A stretch of DNA of 61,497 bases from a virus (lineage: Duplodnaviria; Caudoviricetes). Position numbers and translations under genes: made by a program. Of this stretch, positions 18,984 to 29,004 are shown in pieces (the stretch's first letter is position 1; the number at the start of each line of letters is the position of its first letter). The notes below the pieces were generated by a model. The model did no database searches. It saw nothing but the letters and a program-made list of their open reading frames with translations, and had not been told where the DNA came from. The stretch covers positions 1 to 61,497 of the IMG/VR virus record IMGVR_UViG_3300030104_001836; one strand, written 5' to 3'.

Positions 18984-20528
18984 TTATTGTAATAATGATT
19001 CTAATTCTTTAGTGCTACTTTTTTTAACTAAATCTATTAATTCTTTTGCTTGTTCTATTGATTGTTCAACTGTTAAAGGAGTTAATGAATTACTTTGAAT
19101 TTTAAGAGCTACGCTTTGTAAATTTTCTTCATAACTTTTATCACCAGATGTTAAATCAAATCTTATTAAATCTTCTACAGGTATATTTAATTGTTCAGCT
19201 TTAAACTTTAATGTTTTTATAGCGGAAGTATCTTCTGAACCTTTACCTTTTTCACCTGTATCTATTACTTCACCAGTTGATTTATTAACTCTAACTAATC
19301 TACCATCACCAAGTTCAACTATTTGGAAATCAGATGCTTTATCACCAAAGGCTTTTTCAAATTCCATAGCATTTTTTAATCCAGCTTTTATTCCTTTTGC
19401 TACATTATCTTCAGTTGCTATACCTATACCCATATGCATTAAAAGTTCCCAACCTTTACCTTTAGTAGCTTTTTTCAAATCTGCTAATCCACCTTTATCT
19501 ACTAATTCTGAACCTTCAGCTTCTTCAATTACTTTCTTTTTAATATCTTCTTTTAAAGGTACAGCAGGTAAAGCTCCTACTTGAATTGTTCCATCTTCTA
19601 ATTCATTTATATTTGTTGGATTTTGTAAAGTAGGAAATTTTTCAACTTTATCTTTTTTATCTAATGTATCAAGTTTTGTTTGTTGTGTTATTAAATATTC
19701 ATTTAAGGCTTTTTCACCTGCATTAGGATCACCCGGATTCATCATCTCTGCTTTTTTAACTATTTCTTCTCTTTTAAAAAGTTCATCTTGATTAGAACCT
19801 ATTACTTGTAATCCTTTATTTTTATCAAATCTATCATCTTGGTAATTAATTAAATCTATATCACCAGCAGTTTTCATTCCCATTGCTTTAACTCTATCAC
19901 TATAATCTTTCATTATTTGTGCATCATAAATGCCAGATTTAATTTGATCACCTGCTCGTAAATCACCTTTATTTGTTATCATTCCTTTTTTATATGCCTC
20001 AAAATCATCCATTTCACCTAATTTTGCATCACCTGTTTCGCTTTTACGCATATTAATTTCTGGATCAGAATAGTTATATTTTAATTTATTATCTAAACCT
20101 TCTAAACCTTTTTCAATTAAAGTTTTATTTTTTCTTGGGTCTATAGTATATGTTTCTCCAGTATTAACACCAAAAATTTCTATTGGTATTTCTTGTTCTG
20201 TATACATTTTAGATGGAACAACTTGTTCTGTAATTTTTGATCCAGATTTAGTTCCTTCTGGTACACTTATACCTTGTTCTTGAGCTATTCTTTCACCTAA
20301 TGAAGCATCTCCTGTTTGTGCTTCTTGAAGCATTTCTGTTTCGGGTAAATTACTATTAATTGTTTTAGTTTCTTTTTTTGCTTTTCTATAAGCCTCTTTA
20401 AAATTATCAATAGTTCCATATTTTTCTAGTAAATTAGGAATTTGTGCGTTTTGTATATCAAAACTTTGATCTGAAAGACTATCTAAAAATTCAAAATCTT
20501 CTAATGCTGTTGATGTTGATGTAATCAT
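18984..20528 (-). CDS. putative ejection/internal virion protein
   Basis: 514 aa; lies between the pilot-like and giant genes. Confidence 0.5.
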   Translation of the reverse strand: MITSTSTALEDFEFLDSLSDQSFDIQNAQIPNLLEKYGTIDNFKEAYRKAKKETKTINSNLPETEMLQEAQTGDASLGERIAQEQGISVPEGTKSGSKITEQVVPSKMYTEQEIPIEIFGVNTGETYTIDPRKNKTLIEKGLEGLDNKLKYNYSDPEINMRKSETGDAKLGEMDDFEAYKKGMITNKGDLRAGDQIKSGIYDAQIMKDYSDRVKAMGMKTAGDIDLINYQDDRFDKNKGLQVIGSNQDELFKREEIVKKAEMMNPGDPNAGEKALNEYLITQQTKLDTLDKKDKVEKFPTLQNPTNINELEDGTIQVGALPAVPLKEDIKKKVIEEAEGSELVDKGGLADLKKATKGKGWELLMHMGIGIATEDNVAKGIKAGLKNAMEFEKAFGDKASDFQIVELGDGRLVRVNKSTGEVIDTGEKGKGSEDTSAIKTLKFKAEQLNIPVEDLIRFDLTSGDKSYEENLQSVALKIQSNSLTPLTVEQSIEQAKELIDLVKKSSTKELESLLQ

Positions 20529-20539
20529 ATATTTTCTCG

Positions 20540-21592
20540 TTAATTAAGTTTTTTAAAGTCTACATCTAGTTTAGAATAATCAACTAGAAGATATCCATTA
20601 TCATGTTTTATAGATGCCCAAGGAACTTCTTGTGCTATAACACCTTGATATTTATCTTTATTACCTTTGTAATTAAAAGAATAAATATTTATATTAGAAG
20701 GAGATGTACCTATTAATTTAAGATTTTCTTTTAATTGTGCATCACTAAAAAAACCTGCATTATATGCTCCAACACCAGCTAAACCTAATCCAGCAATTTG
20801 TTGTGCACCACTAGCTGTTGGTTGTTGTTGGTAAGTTGTCATAGGAGAAGGAACGCCACCAAGTATACCAGCACCAAAACGAATTTGTTCATATGGAAAC
20901 TGTTGTTGTCTTTGGAAATCACCATAAGTAATATCCATTCCTCTTTGTAATTGTTGTTGTCCTAATTGCCCAGCTTGTTGTAAACCTGCCATACCTGCTT
21001 GACCTAATTTCATTTCTTGTCCACCAATTGCACCAAATGTACCAGCACCTTGTAGTTGTCTAGCTCTTTCATTTTGTGCCATAGACATAGCATTACGATA
21101 TGCTTGTTCTTGTAATTGTGCCGCAGTTCGTGCTTGAACATCTTGTAAATTACGTTGTTGTTCTGCTTGTTGTACACCAAATCGTGAACCACCATATGCA
21201 CCAGACCTTACTGCCGCATCAGATAGTTTTTGACCTTGTATATCGCTTCTTCTTTGTAATTCATCAAGTGTTTTAGTCATAACTTGATCAATATAAGGGC
21301 TTCGGTATCTTTCTATATCTTGTCCAGAAATAGGTGCTGAACCAACACCGCCAAGACCTCTAGCCATTGCTAAATCTGGTCTATAAGCCTGTGATTGTTC
21401 TACAGCTTGTTGCCTTGCCATTTGTTGTTCTGTAGTTAAAGGTGCAAGTCTTTGCCCTCCATAAGGAACATAAGGAACTTGTGGCCCAGTTACAGCTTCT
21501 GTTTGTCCAACTAAATTTTTTGCCGCAGTTTCTAACCATTCTGGCAATTCTTGTTTAGTAGTTGTTTCTACTATATTACTTCCAAAACACAT
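20540..21592 (-). CDS. Gln/Ala/Gly-rich ejection (pilot-like) protein with C-terminal peptidase S74 domain
   Basis: MCFG start; FSDAQLKEN, IYSFNY, GVIAQEV, VDYSKL. Confidence 0.7.
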   Translation of the reverse strand: MCFGSNIVETTTKQELPEWLETAAKNLVGQTEAVTGPQVPYVPYGGQRLAPLTTEQQMARQQAVEQSQAYRPDLAMARGLGGVGSAPISGQDIERYRSPYIDQVMTKTLDELQRRSDIQGQKLSDAAVRSGAYGGSRFGVQQAEQQRNLQDVQARTAAQLQEQAYRNAMSMAQNERARQLQGAGTFGAIGGQEMKLGQAGMAGLQQAGQLGQQQLQRGMDITYGDFQRQQQFPYEQIRFGAGILGGVPSPMTTYQQQPTASGAQQIAGLGLAGVGAYNAGFFSDAQLKENLKLIGTSPSNINIYSFNYKGNKDKYQGVIAQEVPWASIKHDNGYLLVDYSKLDVDFKKLN

Positions 21593-22017
21593 TACTTATA
21601 CCTCCAAATACTTCCCATTTTTTTAAATTCAAATTTTCTATATAATTTATCATTGTTGTCTCCAGTGCTTGTTGGCAACTGAATTGTCATTCCATTAGCG
21701 TATTTCTTTAATTCTTTAATAAGAAATTTAGCTAATTTATAACTACGATGTTGCGGTAAAACATAAAACCATGTTTCTGCCACAAATTGTTCTTTTGAAA
21801 ACCACCATTCAGTTTTCAAAGCTCCTATGCTACCAATTAATTTTTTGTTAACATATGCATTACTAATAAAGCCATTATTAAAATGTTGCTCTATAACTTG
21901 ACCAACTTTAATTACATCAGCTTTAGGATATATATCTTTATATTCTTTCCCAAACTCTAACAATAAAAGTAATAAATCTTGTAAATTTTCTTTTTTAGGT
22001 TGTTTTATTTCTAACAC
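21592..22017 (-). CDS. GNAT acetyltransferase-fold protein (P22 gp14-like position)
   Basis: WFYVLPQHRSYKLAKFL, KLYRKFEFKKMG. Confidence 0.75.
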   Translation of the reverse strand: MLEIKQPKKENLQDLLLLLLEFGKEYKDIYPKADVIKVGQVIEQHFNNGFISNAYVNKKLIGSIGALKTEWWFSKEQFVAETWFYVLPQHRSYKLAKFLIKELKKYANGMTIQLPTSTGDNNDKLYRKFEFKKMGSIWRYK

Positions 22018-22361
22018 TAAGTTAATTTATTGCCTTTTTCTAAATTATTCATCATATCATACATAGGTTTAGCACCACCAGCATTTTTTACAGCTTTTGC
22101 TGTAAAGACAAACTCACCATTACTTAACATAGCAGGAATATCATCTGAAGTTCCTGTTCCCGGCCCATTAATCATACCAGTTTTTTTAGGAAAACCACCT
22201 GCGGCAAGTTGTAATATACTTACAATACCACCTTTTGATTTTCCAAATTTTTTTTGCAATATATTTAAAAGTTTATTTATATCAGTTTCTAATTTAATAC
22301 CCTTAATACCAGTAGGTTTTTTTTTCTTTTTTATTTGTTTATTAGTTTTAGGGAATTTCAT
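22017..22361 (-). CDS. small basic virion-associated protein
   Basis: GPGTGTSDDIPAMLSNGEFV motif, of a kind seen in tape-measure/internal proteins. Confidence 0.6.
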   Translation of the reverse strand: MKFPKTNKQIKKKKKPTGIKGIKLETDINKLLNILQKKFGKSKGGIVSILQLAAGGFPKKTGMINGPGTGTSDDIPAMLSNGEFVFTAKAVKNAGGAKPMYDMMNNLEKGNKLT

Positions 22362-22729
22362 TATGTCATCTCCAATATTGATGCTACAAGATGTATATCA
22401 CTACCTGTAGTTGTTGCTTTTAATATTTCCGATGATTTTAATATTATCGGATTTGTTGATGCAATTGATGAATCTGCTGAATCTGTTAACATATTACCAG
22501 TTGCTAATAATTCTTGTGAACTACCTTTTTGTATAGTTCTATTTATTTCTAAATAATAAACTACAGAAGAGCTATCTGTAACTGTAAGAGTTATATCTCT
22601 GTCGTTAGACTCTTCTATGTTTGAAACTCGTATAGATTTTACTATGGATGTTCCTGCTGATGGAGCAGTATAAATAGTAGTATTACCTCTTAATATAACT
22701 TTTGCATTTGTATATGTATTAATTGACAT
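22361..22729 (-). CDS. beta-rich structural protein
   Basis: Resembles 34640..34987 (IYT.., ...SI[LM]E[MI]T end). Confidence 0.65.
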   Translation of the reverse strand: MSINTYTNAKVILRGNTTIYTAPSAGTSIVKSIRVSNIEESNDRDITLTVTDSSSVVYYLEINRTIQKGSSQELLATGNMLTDSADSSIASTNPIILKSSEILKATTTGSDIHLVASILEMT

Positions 22730-22902
22730 TAATCCCCCAAAAAGAAATTAAATCGTTCCATAACAACTTTATTTTCTTCAGCAGTATAACTTGTATTAAG
22801 AGTTAATACAATTGTTTCTATTGCACGAACTAATTCGTTTTGTTGTTGTACATTATATTCCTGCGATGGAGATGGTAATCTTACATTTGTTATTTTACTC
22901 AT
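22729..22902 (-). CDS. 57-aa protein, not in ORF track
   Basis: MSKITNVRLPSPSQEYNVQQQNELVRAIE...; coupled at both ends. Confidence 0.7.
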   Translation of the reverse strand: MSKITNVRLPSPSQEYNVQQQNELVRAIETIVLTLNTSYTAEENKVVMERFNFFLGD

Positions 22903-23171
22903 TTTTTCTTTTTATTTCTATTTGCAAAATTACGAGCCGCTTCTACTGAACCAAAACCCCATTTTTTAAGTGCTAAAGCCTTACGAGTTGGGCGACCTTT
23001 AGAATCTTTCATTGGGCCTTTCATTCCTGCAAACCTTGCGGCAAAAGAAACTCTTCTTGGATTTGTTCCTTTAGCAACAGGTTTTTTAAGATTAGCACCT
23101 TCTTTTTTTTTAAAGTATTTTCTACCAGCTTCTGTTAATCCGCCAGTTTTACTTTTGTGTTCTTTTCTCAC
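22899..23171 (-). CDS. basic protein (DUF6321-like)
   Basis: GGLTEAGRKYF, RRVSFAARFAGMKGPMKD, RKALALKKW. Confidence 0.7.
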   Translation of the reverse strand: MRKEHKSKTGGLTEAGRKYFKKKEGANLKKPVAKGTNPRRVSFAARFAGMKGPMKDSKGRPTRKALALKKWGFGSVEAARNFANRNKKKK

Positions 23172-23338
23172 TTTTTAGGAAAACCTTTTTTCATATTTGC
23201 ATATGCTTTAGGCGAAATAGTAGATTTCTTTTTTGATTTACTTTTGCCTTTTTTCTTTTGTTGATTTATGTTGTAATATAAACCTTTTTTAGCTACTTTA
23301 CCACTTTTAGTTTTATGAAAACCTTTTTTTACAGTCAT
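23168..23338 (-). CDS. Lys-rich microprotein (56 aa), not in ORF track
   Basis: MTVKKGFHKTKSGKVAKKGLYYNINQQKKKGKSKSKKKSTISPKAYANMKKGFPKK. Confidence 0.75.
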   Translation of the reverse strand: MTVKKGFHKTKSGKVAKKGLYYNINQQKKKGKSKSKKKSTISPKAYANMKKGFPKK

Positions 23339-23339
23339 T

Positions 23340-23447
23340 TTATTTTTTCCTTTTTTTAATTATTTTTTTAATAACCTTTGATTGTTTCTTATGCATTGAA
23401 GAAGCACCAGCTAATTCTTTAGCTATTTTTTTTAATTTTTTTTTCAT
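23340..23447 (-). CDS. Lys-rich microprotein (35 aa), not in ORF track
   Basis: MKKKLKKIAKELAGASSMHKKQSKVIKKIIKKRKK. Confidence 0.7.
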   Translation of the reverse strand: MKKKLKKIAKELAGASSMHKKQSKVIKKIIKKRKK

Positions 23448-23448
23448 A

Positions 23449-25281
23449 TTATCTTTTTCCATCTGGTTGAACTTCAAATCTTAACGTACCCAAACGCCAA
23501 TCTTCATTTAAATCATCATTATTAACGCCATTGTATCCATCACTTTCTACACGAACAGAAACTTGTCTCCCTCTTGTTCTAGGATTTATTCTTTGCGTTG
23601 ATGTAGAATAATAAAATGGCCCTTTAGTTGTTTGTGTATCACTAGGATAATATCTTGATTTTAAACTAATATTTACATTACCAACTTGGTCTTTAAAATC
23701 TGGTATTAATTTTGTTACAAACATCATATCATCTCCATCTCCAATATCAAAATCACCACTTTCTACAAATGATGTCATAGTAGAACCATCATCATTTTTA
23801 CCACTTTCGTGAATATAAAGAAGTGAATTTTCACCATCATACTCGGTAGCATAAGGTAAAGGATAAGTACCAGAATCGATCCATGTACTTCTATCTAAAC
23901 TTCCAGTATACCACAAGTTTTCTTGATAGTTAAATATAACATATCTATCAACTTGGTTAGATGCAGTTGAACAATAAAACCACATTATTTCACCATAAGC
24001 TGAGTTTGAACCCGCCCACACTTGTTCATATTGTGTTGTATCAATATTATCAAATACAAAATCTTCAACAGTGCAAGGTAATTTTCTTACAGTACCATCA
24101 AATACAAAAAATGACTCACTGCTCATCCAATACGATACACCACCAACATCAATTGCACTATGTGGACTTATAGCTCCACAGTTAGAACCTAGCTGTTGAA
24201 ATCCAAAAACAAATGGTGCTCCAATAAAAGACATACCATGAGCAGATGTATCCGTTAAAATTAATAATTGTCCTCTTGTTCTTATTGCAGTTACTATTTC
24301 ACTACCACCAACTATACGTTGTGAACCAGATGTATTAGTTGCAGTAGGTGTCCAATCTGTTTCGTTATCTTGTGATGACCAACGAATAAACATTGGGTCT
24401 TGTGTTGTACTAGAACCTATGGTTGTTTCTGTTCCAAAACAAATAACGTGTCTATCTGGATTTGATACTAACATAAATTTAGATTTAGTTGGTGCATTGC
24501 TAACTTGTGTGGCAGTATTACTTTCAGTTAAAACACCATCAGATGTATTCCAAATAAATAATTTACCATCAACATCTAGAGCTAATATATCTTCACCCCA
24601 GTTGTCTATCGCCCAGTTTCTTAAAGCTATAATTACTGAGCTTGATGTGTTGGGAGAATCCCAAGTCTGTGCTGAGTTCCATGTTCCTGTTCCCCACCCG
24701 TATCCAGATAAAGCTCTGTCCCTACCTGCTTGAATTTCATATTGTACTGTGCAATTACCCGTAGTTGATACAGCAGAAGAGGCGTTAGTGCCAACATCAA
24801 TAGTATAAGTATTAAGGGTAGGTACTGATTGAATTTCATATTCTCCATTTACTGTAGATGCACCCACTCCTCCTATTGTTGCACTTGTTGCTGATATAGT
24901 TACATAGTCACCTTCATTTGCTCCATGACTACTATGTGTTACTGTAAATATAGAAGAACCATTAGAAGTCGTAAAACAAGATGTAATGTCTGCATCTAAT
25001 CTTGTAGGTGTAGCATCAAAGAAAACACCTTCGTTATAAATATATAATTTTTTATTTGTTCCTAAAGCATCGTAAGCTGTGCCATCTAAAGAGTTCCAAG
25101 CTAATTGTGCTCTAGCAACTCCTATAAATGTAGTTGTAGATATTTTTTCCCAACCACCTATTTTTTCTGGATAGCCATATCTAAATCTTATTTTATCTCC
25201 GTCAGTCCATTTACCTTTAGATGATATGTCAGTATTCTGTTTATCAATTCCCGGTTCAAATTGTATTTTTGTTATTGGCAT
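23449..25281 (-). CDS. tail nozzle / head-stabilisation protein (P22 gp10/T7 gp12-like)
   Basis: 610 aa, beta-propeller-like; FIRWSSQD, WRLGTLR..QPDGKR; upstream of the GNAT and ejection genes. Confidence 0.7.
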   Translation of the reverse strand: MPITKIQFEPGIDKQNTDISSKGKWTDGDKIRFRYGYPEKIGGWEKISTTTFIGVARAQLAWNSLDGTAYDALGTNKKLYIYNEGVFFDATPTRLDADITSCFTTSNGSSIFTVTHSSHGANEGDYVTISATSATIGGVGASTVNGEYEIQSVPTLNTYTIDVGTNASSAVSTTGNCTVQYEIQAGRDRALSGYGWGTGTWNSAQTWDSPNTSSSVIIALRNWAIDNWGEDILALDVDGKLFIWNTSDGVLTESNTATQVSNAPTKSKFMLVSNPDRHVICFGTETTIGSSTTQDPMFIRWSSQDNETDWTPTATNTSGSQRIVGGSEIVTAIRTRGQLLILTDTSAHGMSFIGAPFVFGFQQLGSNCGAISPHSAIDVGGVSYWMSSESFFVFDGTVRKLPCTVEDFVFDNIDTTQYEQVWAGSNSAYGEIMWFYCSTASNQVDRYVIFNYQENLWYTGSLDRSTWIDSGTYPLPYATEYDGENSLLYIHESGKNDDGSTMTSFVESGDFDIGDGDDMMFVTKLIPDFKDQVGNVNISLKSRYYPSDTQTTKGPFYYSTSTQRINPRTRGRQVSVRVESDGYNGVNNDDLNEDWRLGTLRFEVQPDGKR

Positions 25282-26339
25282 TATTTACCTGTAGCAATAA
25301 AGAAGTTAACGACACTAAATGGTTGCATTAATGCATTACTAAAATCACTACCAGAACCTAAATTACTACCACTTTGTGTAGTTTCAAAACCACCTGTTGC
25401 ACCTAAACTTCTTGATGATAAACCAGAACCAGAACCAGAACCTATTGCAGTTCTGCCTTGTAAGTCTGGTAAATTAAATGTGCTTGAACCATCTCCAACT
25501 CCATAAGTTGTACTAATAGCTGAAAATAAATCGGAATATGTTGAACGACTTACAGCCTGTGCATTACACAATAAATATCTTTTTGTTGAATCATCTGATT
25601 TAGTTGGCTCAGTTGCAAATCCTGCCATAATAATTCCACCAGTTGGAACTGTATCTTTTATATCTTCCCCACTACCACTAAATAAATTACCTGTAATTGT
25701 TGAAGAAGCAGTTACAGCACCAGTAACATCTAATGCTACTGAAGGACTAGCGTTTAATATACCTACCTTATCTGCTGATCCATCAACAAATAATGCATGA
25801 GCATTACCATTTGATTCTACTCTAAAGTCTACACTAGCAGAGCTTTCATTTATTGTTACATTACCACCATCTAATTCTACAGCACCTGCAACACTTAATG
25901 TTCCTTTACAAACAAGATTATTTATACCAGTTGCAAATACATCTTTAACAAAAGTACCATTACTGTACATTAAAGCATGAGAACCTTGAGTAACTGCTGT
26001 TCCTGTTCCTGTATTTCCTGTAGTTGCTACAGTTAAAGAATAACTACCTGCTGTATTATTAAATACAATATAATTAGATTCAACAGTTGGAAGTAATACA
26101 TTTATATTTCCAGTTAATGTTCCAGTAAATTCTAATACTTTTTGTCTTGTTTCATCTGCTGTTGCATTACTATTAGTTAAAGTTACATTACTTGAACCAG
26201 CTACACTTTTAGAAGAATATCCATAAATAGCTTCATCTATTAAATCAAAATTAACATTTGTTTTATCACCCCAAGTGTTTGCATTTTCACCTGTAGCTTG
26301 TTTTTCTAATCGTAATCGTGTTGTAAATGTTGATGCCAT
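25281..26339 (-). CDS. tail fibre with tail-collar domain
   Basis: VPTGGII..YLLCNAQAVSRSTYSDLF..GDGSSTFNLPDLQGR; N-terminus paralogous to 34999..36705. Confidence 0.8.
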   Translation of the reverse strand: MASTFTTRLRLEKQATGENANTWGDKTNVNFDLIDEAIYGYSSKSVAGSSNVTLTNSNATADETRQKVLEFTGTLTGNINVLLPTVESNYIVFNNTAGSYSLTVATTGNTGTGTAVTQGSHALMYSNGTFVKDVFATGINNLVCKGTLSVAGAVELDGGNVTINESSASVDFRVESNGNAHALFVDGSADKVGILNASPSVALDVTGAVTASSTITGNLFSGSGEDIKDTVPTGGIIMAGFATEPTKSDDSTKRYLLCNAQAVSRSTYSDLFSAISTTYGVGDGSSTFNLPDLQGRTAIGSGSGSGLSSRSLGATGGFETTQSGSNLGSGSDFSNALMQPFSVVNFFIATGK

Positions 26340-26579
26340 TTATACTCCTAAATCTATTTTATTCATTAATCCTTGTATAGGAAAACTTTCAAATTCTACA
26401 CAATATGCACTCATATTTGTTGCTAATTTATATTCTGTAGATTTGTTATTGTATGCTTCATGCATTTCATATTTTGCTATTTCACAATCTTCTTCATTTG
26501 CATATATAAATCCATTATATTTAACTGAAGGTGCATTTGGCATAGAAAATAATACTAACATAAACCAAACCTTTATCAT
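26340..26579 (-). CDS. small Cys-pair protein
   Basis: Hydrophobic N-terminus, CEIAK...AYC. Confidence 0.6.
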   Translation of the reverse strand: MIKVWFMLVLFSMPNAPSVKYNGFIYANEEDCEIAKYEMHEAYNNKSTEYKLATNMSAYCVEFESFPIQGLMNKIDLGV

Positions 26580-27122
26580 TTATCCCCCTAAAGGATTACT
26601 ATTTAATGTTTTAACTTCTTCAATTAAAACATTTTGTAATTCATTTTCTTTTTTAACAATAGCTACATCCTTGCTAAGTTCTTCTATATCCTCTTCTAAT
26701 TCCCAAGCATATTCTTCTAATTCTTTTAAAGGTTTGCGTAATTTTTTATCTAGATCATCTATATCATCATTAGATGCTGTTTCTGCTAATACAGATTGAA
26801 TAACCTTTATATCTTTAATTATATCTTGAGAAAGAGCTTTAAAATCATTGCTATTACCTGCAATGTCATTTCTTAAATTATCTAATACATCATTATCCAT
26901 ATTAATAATTGTTGTTTCTAATTCTTTTAGTTTTACATTAATATCACTAATAGAATTGTTAACATTAGATAAATCAACAGTTTCATTAATAACAGCTTTA
27001 CGATTATCTAATTCGTCTATTTTTGCCATTACTTTACCGTATTGTACAAATCCTGCTCCAATAGCTCCTACTACCCCTAAAAGTGCCGCTACTGAACTTA
27101 ATTTAGTTACCATGTTACTCAT
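26580..27122 (-). CDS. N-terminal TM plus long coiled-coil protein
   Basis: VAALLGVVGAIGAGFV followed by heptads. Confidence 0.7.
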   Translation of the reverse strand: MSNMVTKLSSVAALLGVVGAIGAGFVQYGKVMAKIDELDNRKAVINETVDLSNVNNSISDINVKLKELETTIINMDNDVLDNLRNDIAGNSNDFKALSQDIIKDIKVIQSVLAETASNDDIDDLDKKLRKPLKELEEYAWELEEDIEELSKDVAIVKKENELQNVLIEEVKTLNSNPLGG

Positions 27123-28930
27123 TGTTTTAATGCCTCCAACTCAGCTAATAATTGTCTTTTCTTTGTGTTAATTTTTTGTAAATTTTGTTTATGTATTTCT
27201 ACAGGATCATTATTTACATAACTATTAAGACTTACAGTTGTGTAAATATCTTTTGAATAAACGCCTAAATCTATTTGATTAAAAAAATCTAGATTAGTAT
27301 TTGTATAAATATCTTTTGATTTATAAAAATCAGTTTTGAGATAGGCGTTTAAAGTATTGTTATTAAAAAATATATCCTCTTTCGATAAGTTTTTATTTGT
27401 TTCTTTTGTTATTTTAGCTATTTGTTTTGCTACTTTCTTTAAATTTTGTTTTAATTTTTTTTCTACATTTGCAACATCTGTAACAATCCTGTCTTCGGTG
27501 TCCAATTTTCTGTCTTCCGATTGTATATCTTCTTGCTCTCCACTTTCTTCTGTTGATACTTCAGATTCCTCAGTTCCTTTGCTATCGGATTCCTTTTCTT
27601 CAGATTCTTTTTGTGTTTTATTATTTGATTCATTACTTGCTACTTGTTTTTCTTCTTCTATAGATTCTGTTTTACTAGGCTCTTCCATTGCCTCTTCTTT
27701 ATCTTCAATAACCTCTGGTACGCTTTCTTCCTTCGTTGCGACTTCTTCCATTGGTTCTTCAAACTCATCAAAAGATTCCTCAGTAAGTTCGTCATTGAAC
27801 TCCTCCTCAGTTATCTCTTCAAAAAACTCTTCGGCTGTTATGCCTTCTTCTTCTAGAAACTGTTCAAATTCTTCTTCCATTCCAGTTTCTTCTATAAAAC
27901 TTGTAAACTCCTCCTCAAACTCCTCTGTAAATAATTCCTCCGTCATCATTGGAGGTTCTTCCATAAACTCTTCTTCAAAAAATACTTCTTCCATTGAAGG
28001 CATATCTTCTGTGTTAAAATCTTCAAACATTGGTGGTTCTTCAAACACATCCATGTCAAAATCTATTGTTTCTAATTCCTCCTCGAAATAAAAATCATCG
28101 TTAAAACCTTCATCTATAATGACATATTCATCTTCAAAAGAATACTCATCTTCCCAAGTGTACTCTTCTTCTTCCCAAGTATATTCATCTTCCCAAACAT
28201 ACTCATCATTATTCCAATCAAAATCTTCTGGTAAATCTTCTACTATATCAATAATATCTTGGTCAATATCATCTATAACATCTTGCGTTTCTTCATTAAT
28301 AGGTGGTATATATTGATAACCTATATTTAGTGAAACATTATCTACATCTGGCCCACGATGAGAGCCATCATAAGTTGTACCTGCCGTTTCATTATATACT
28401 TCTGCTCTAATTGTAAAATCTGTTTGTGTATTTGAGCCTTGAGTATAAACATTTGTATAATTTGTAAATGTACCCCCATTCATTGACCTATTAGGATGAT
28501 GGTCATTTATTTCTCTAACTTGTGTAGATACTGAGCCATCAGAAGAAGTAACAGTTTGTTTAAGGGTAAATGTGTTTTCAATACTGTTCCAAAACCATAC
28601 ATCTGCCGACATAGTTGAGGTAAAGCCTTGGTTTATTTCTGGTTGTGTTAAATGACCATCACCAACTAAATCTACATCTTGATATACATTATCCTCTTCG
28701 TGTCCTTCAAATGCTAATACACCACCAGTATCATCCATACCTGTTTGATATGGAAATCCATTCCAAGCACCATGAGTATGAATACCATCGTCACCACTTG
28801 TTGACCAACCAGTTGTAGTTGTAGTGTTGCCTGTTCCAAAAGTAGAATTTGTAAGTATGTTTCCTGTATTTATTGTTTCTGCATTAATACTAAAACTAAA
28901 CAATAGTAAAGCAATTAAATACCTTATCAT
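27119..28930 (-). CDS. exported protein with very acidic central region
   Basis: Signal peptide MIRYLIALLLFSFSINA, beta-sandwich-like domain, long E/D-rich tract. Confidence 0.75.
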   Translation of the reverse strand: MIRYLIALLLFSFSINAETINTGNILTNSTFGTGNTTTTTGWSTSGDDGIHTHGAWNGFPYQTGMDDTGGVLAFEGHEEDNVYQDVDLVGDGHLTQPEINQGFTSTMSADVWFWNSIENTFTLKQTVTSSDGSVSTQVREINDHHPNRSMNGGTFTNYTNVYTQGSNTQTDFTIRAEVYNETAGTTYDGSHRGPDVDNVSLNIGYQYIPPINEETQDVIDDIDQDIIDIVEDLPEDFDWNNDEYVWEDEYTWEEEEYTWEDEYSFEDEYVIIDEGFNDDFYFEEELETIDFDMDVFEEPPMFEDFNTEDMPSMEEVFFEEEFMEEPPMMTEELFTEEFEEEFTSFIEETGMEEEFEQFLEEEGITAEEFFEEITEEEFNDELTEESFDEFEEPMEEVATKEESVPEVIEDKEEAMEEPSKTESIEEEKQVASNESNNKTQKESEEKESDSKGTEESEVSTEESGEQEDIQSEDRKLDTEDRIVTDVANVEKKLKQNLKKVAKQIAKITKETNKNLSKEDIFFNNNTLNAYLKTDFYKSKDIYTNTNLDFFNQIDLGVYSKDIYTTVSLNSYVNNDPVEIHKQNLQKINTKKRQLLAELEALKQ

Positions 28931-29004
28931 TATATATCTAATGCTATAATAATTAATCCACCTGCAATACTAATTGCGTATGCCATTACTACTATTTCAA
29001 TCAT
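28930..29004 (-). CDS. 24-aa hydrophobic peptide, not in ORF track
   Basis: MIEIVVMAYAISIAGGLIIIALDI; overlaps both neighbours. Confidence 0.5.
   Translation of the reverse strand: MIEIVVMAYAISIAGGLIIIALDI

Noticed and set aside
27357-28091. 244-aa plus-strand ORF
   Set aside because: Ser-rich antisense shadow of Glu codons
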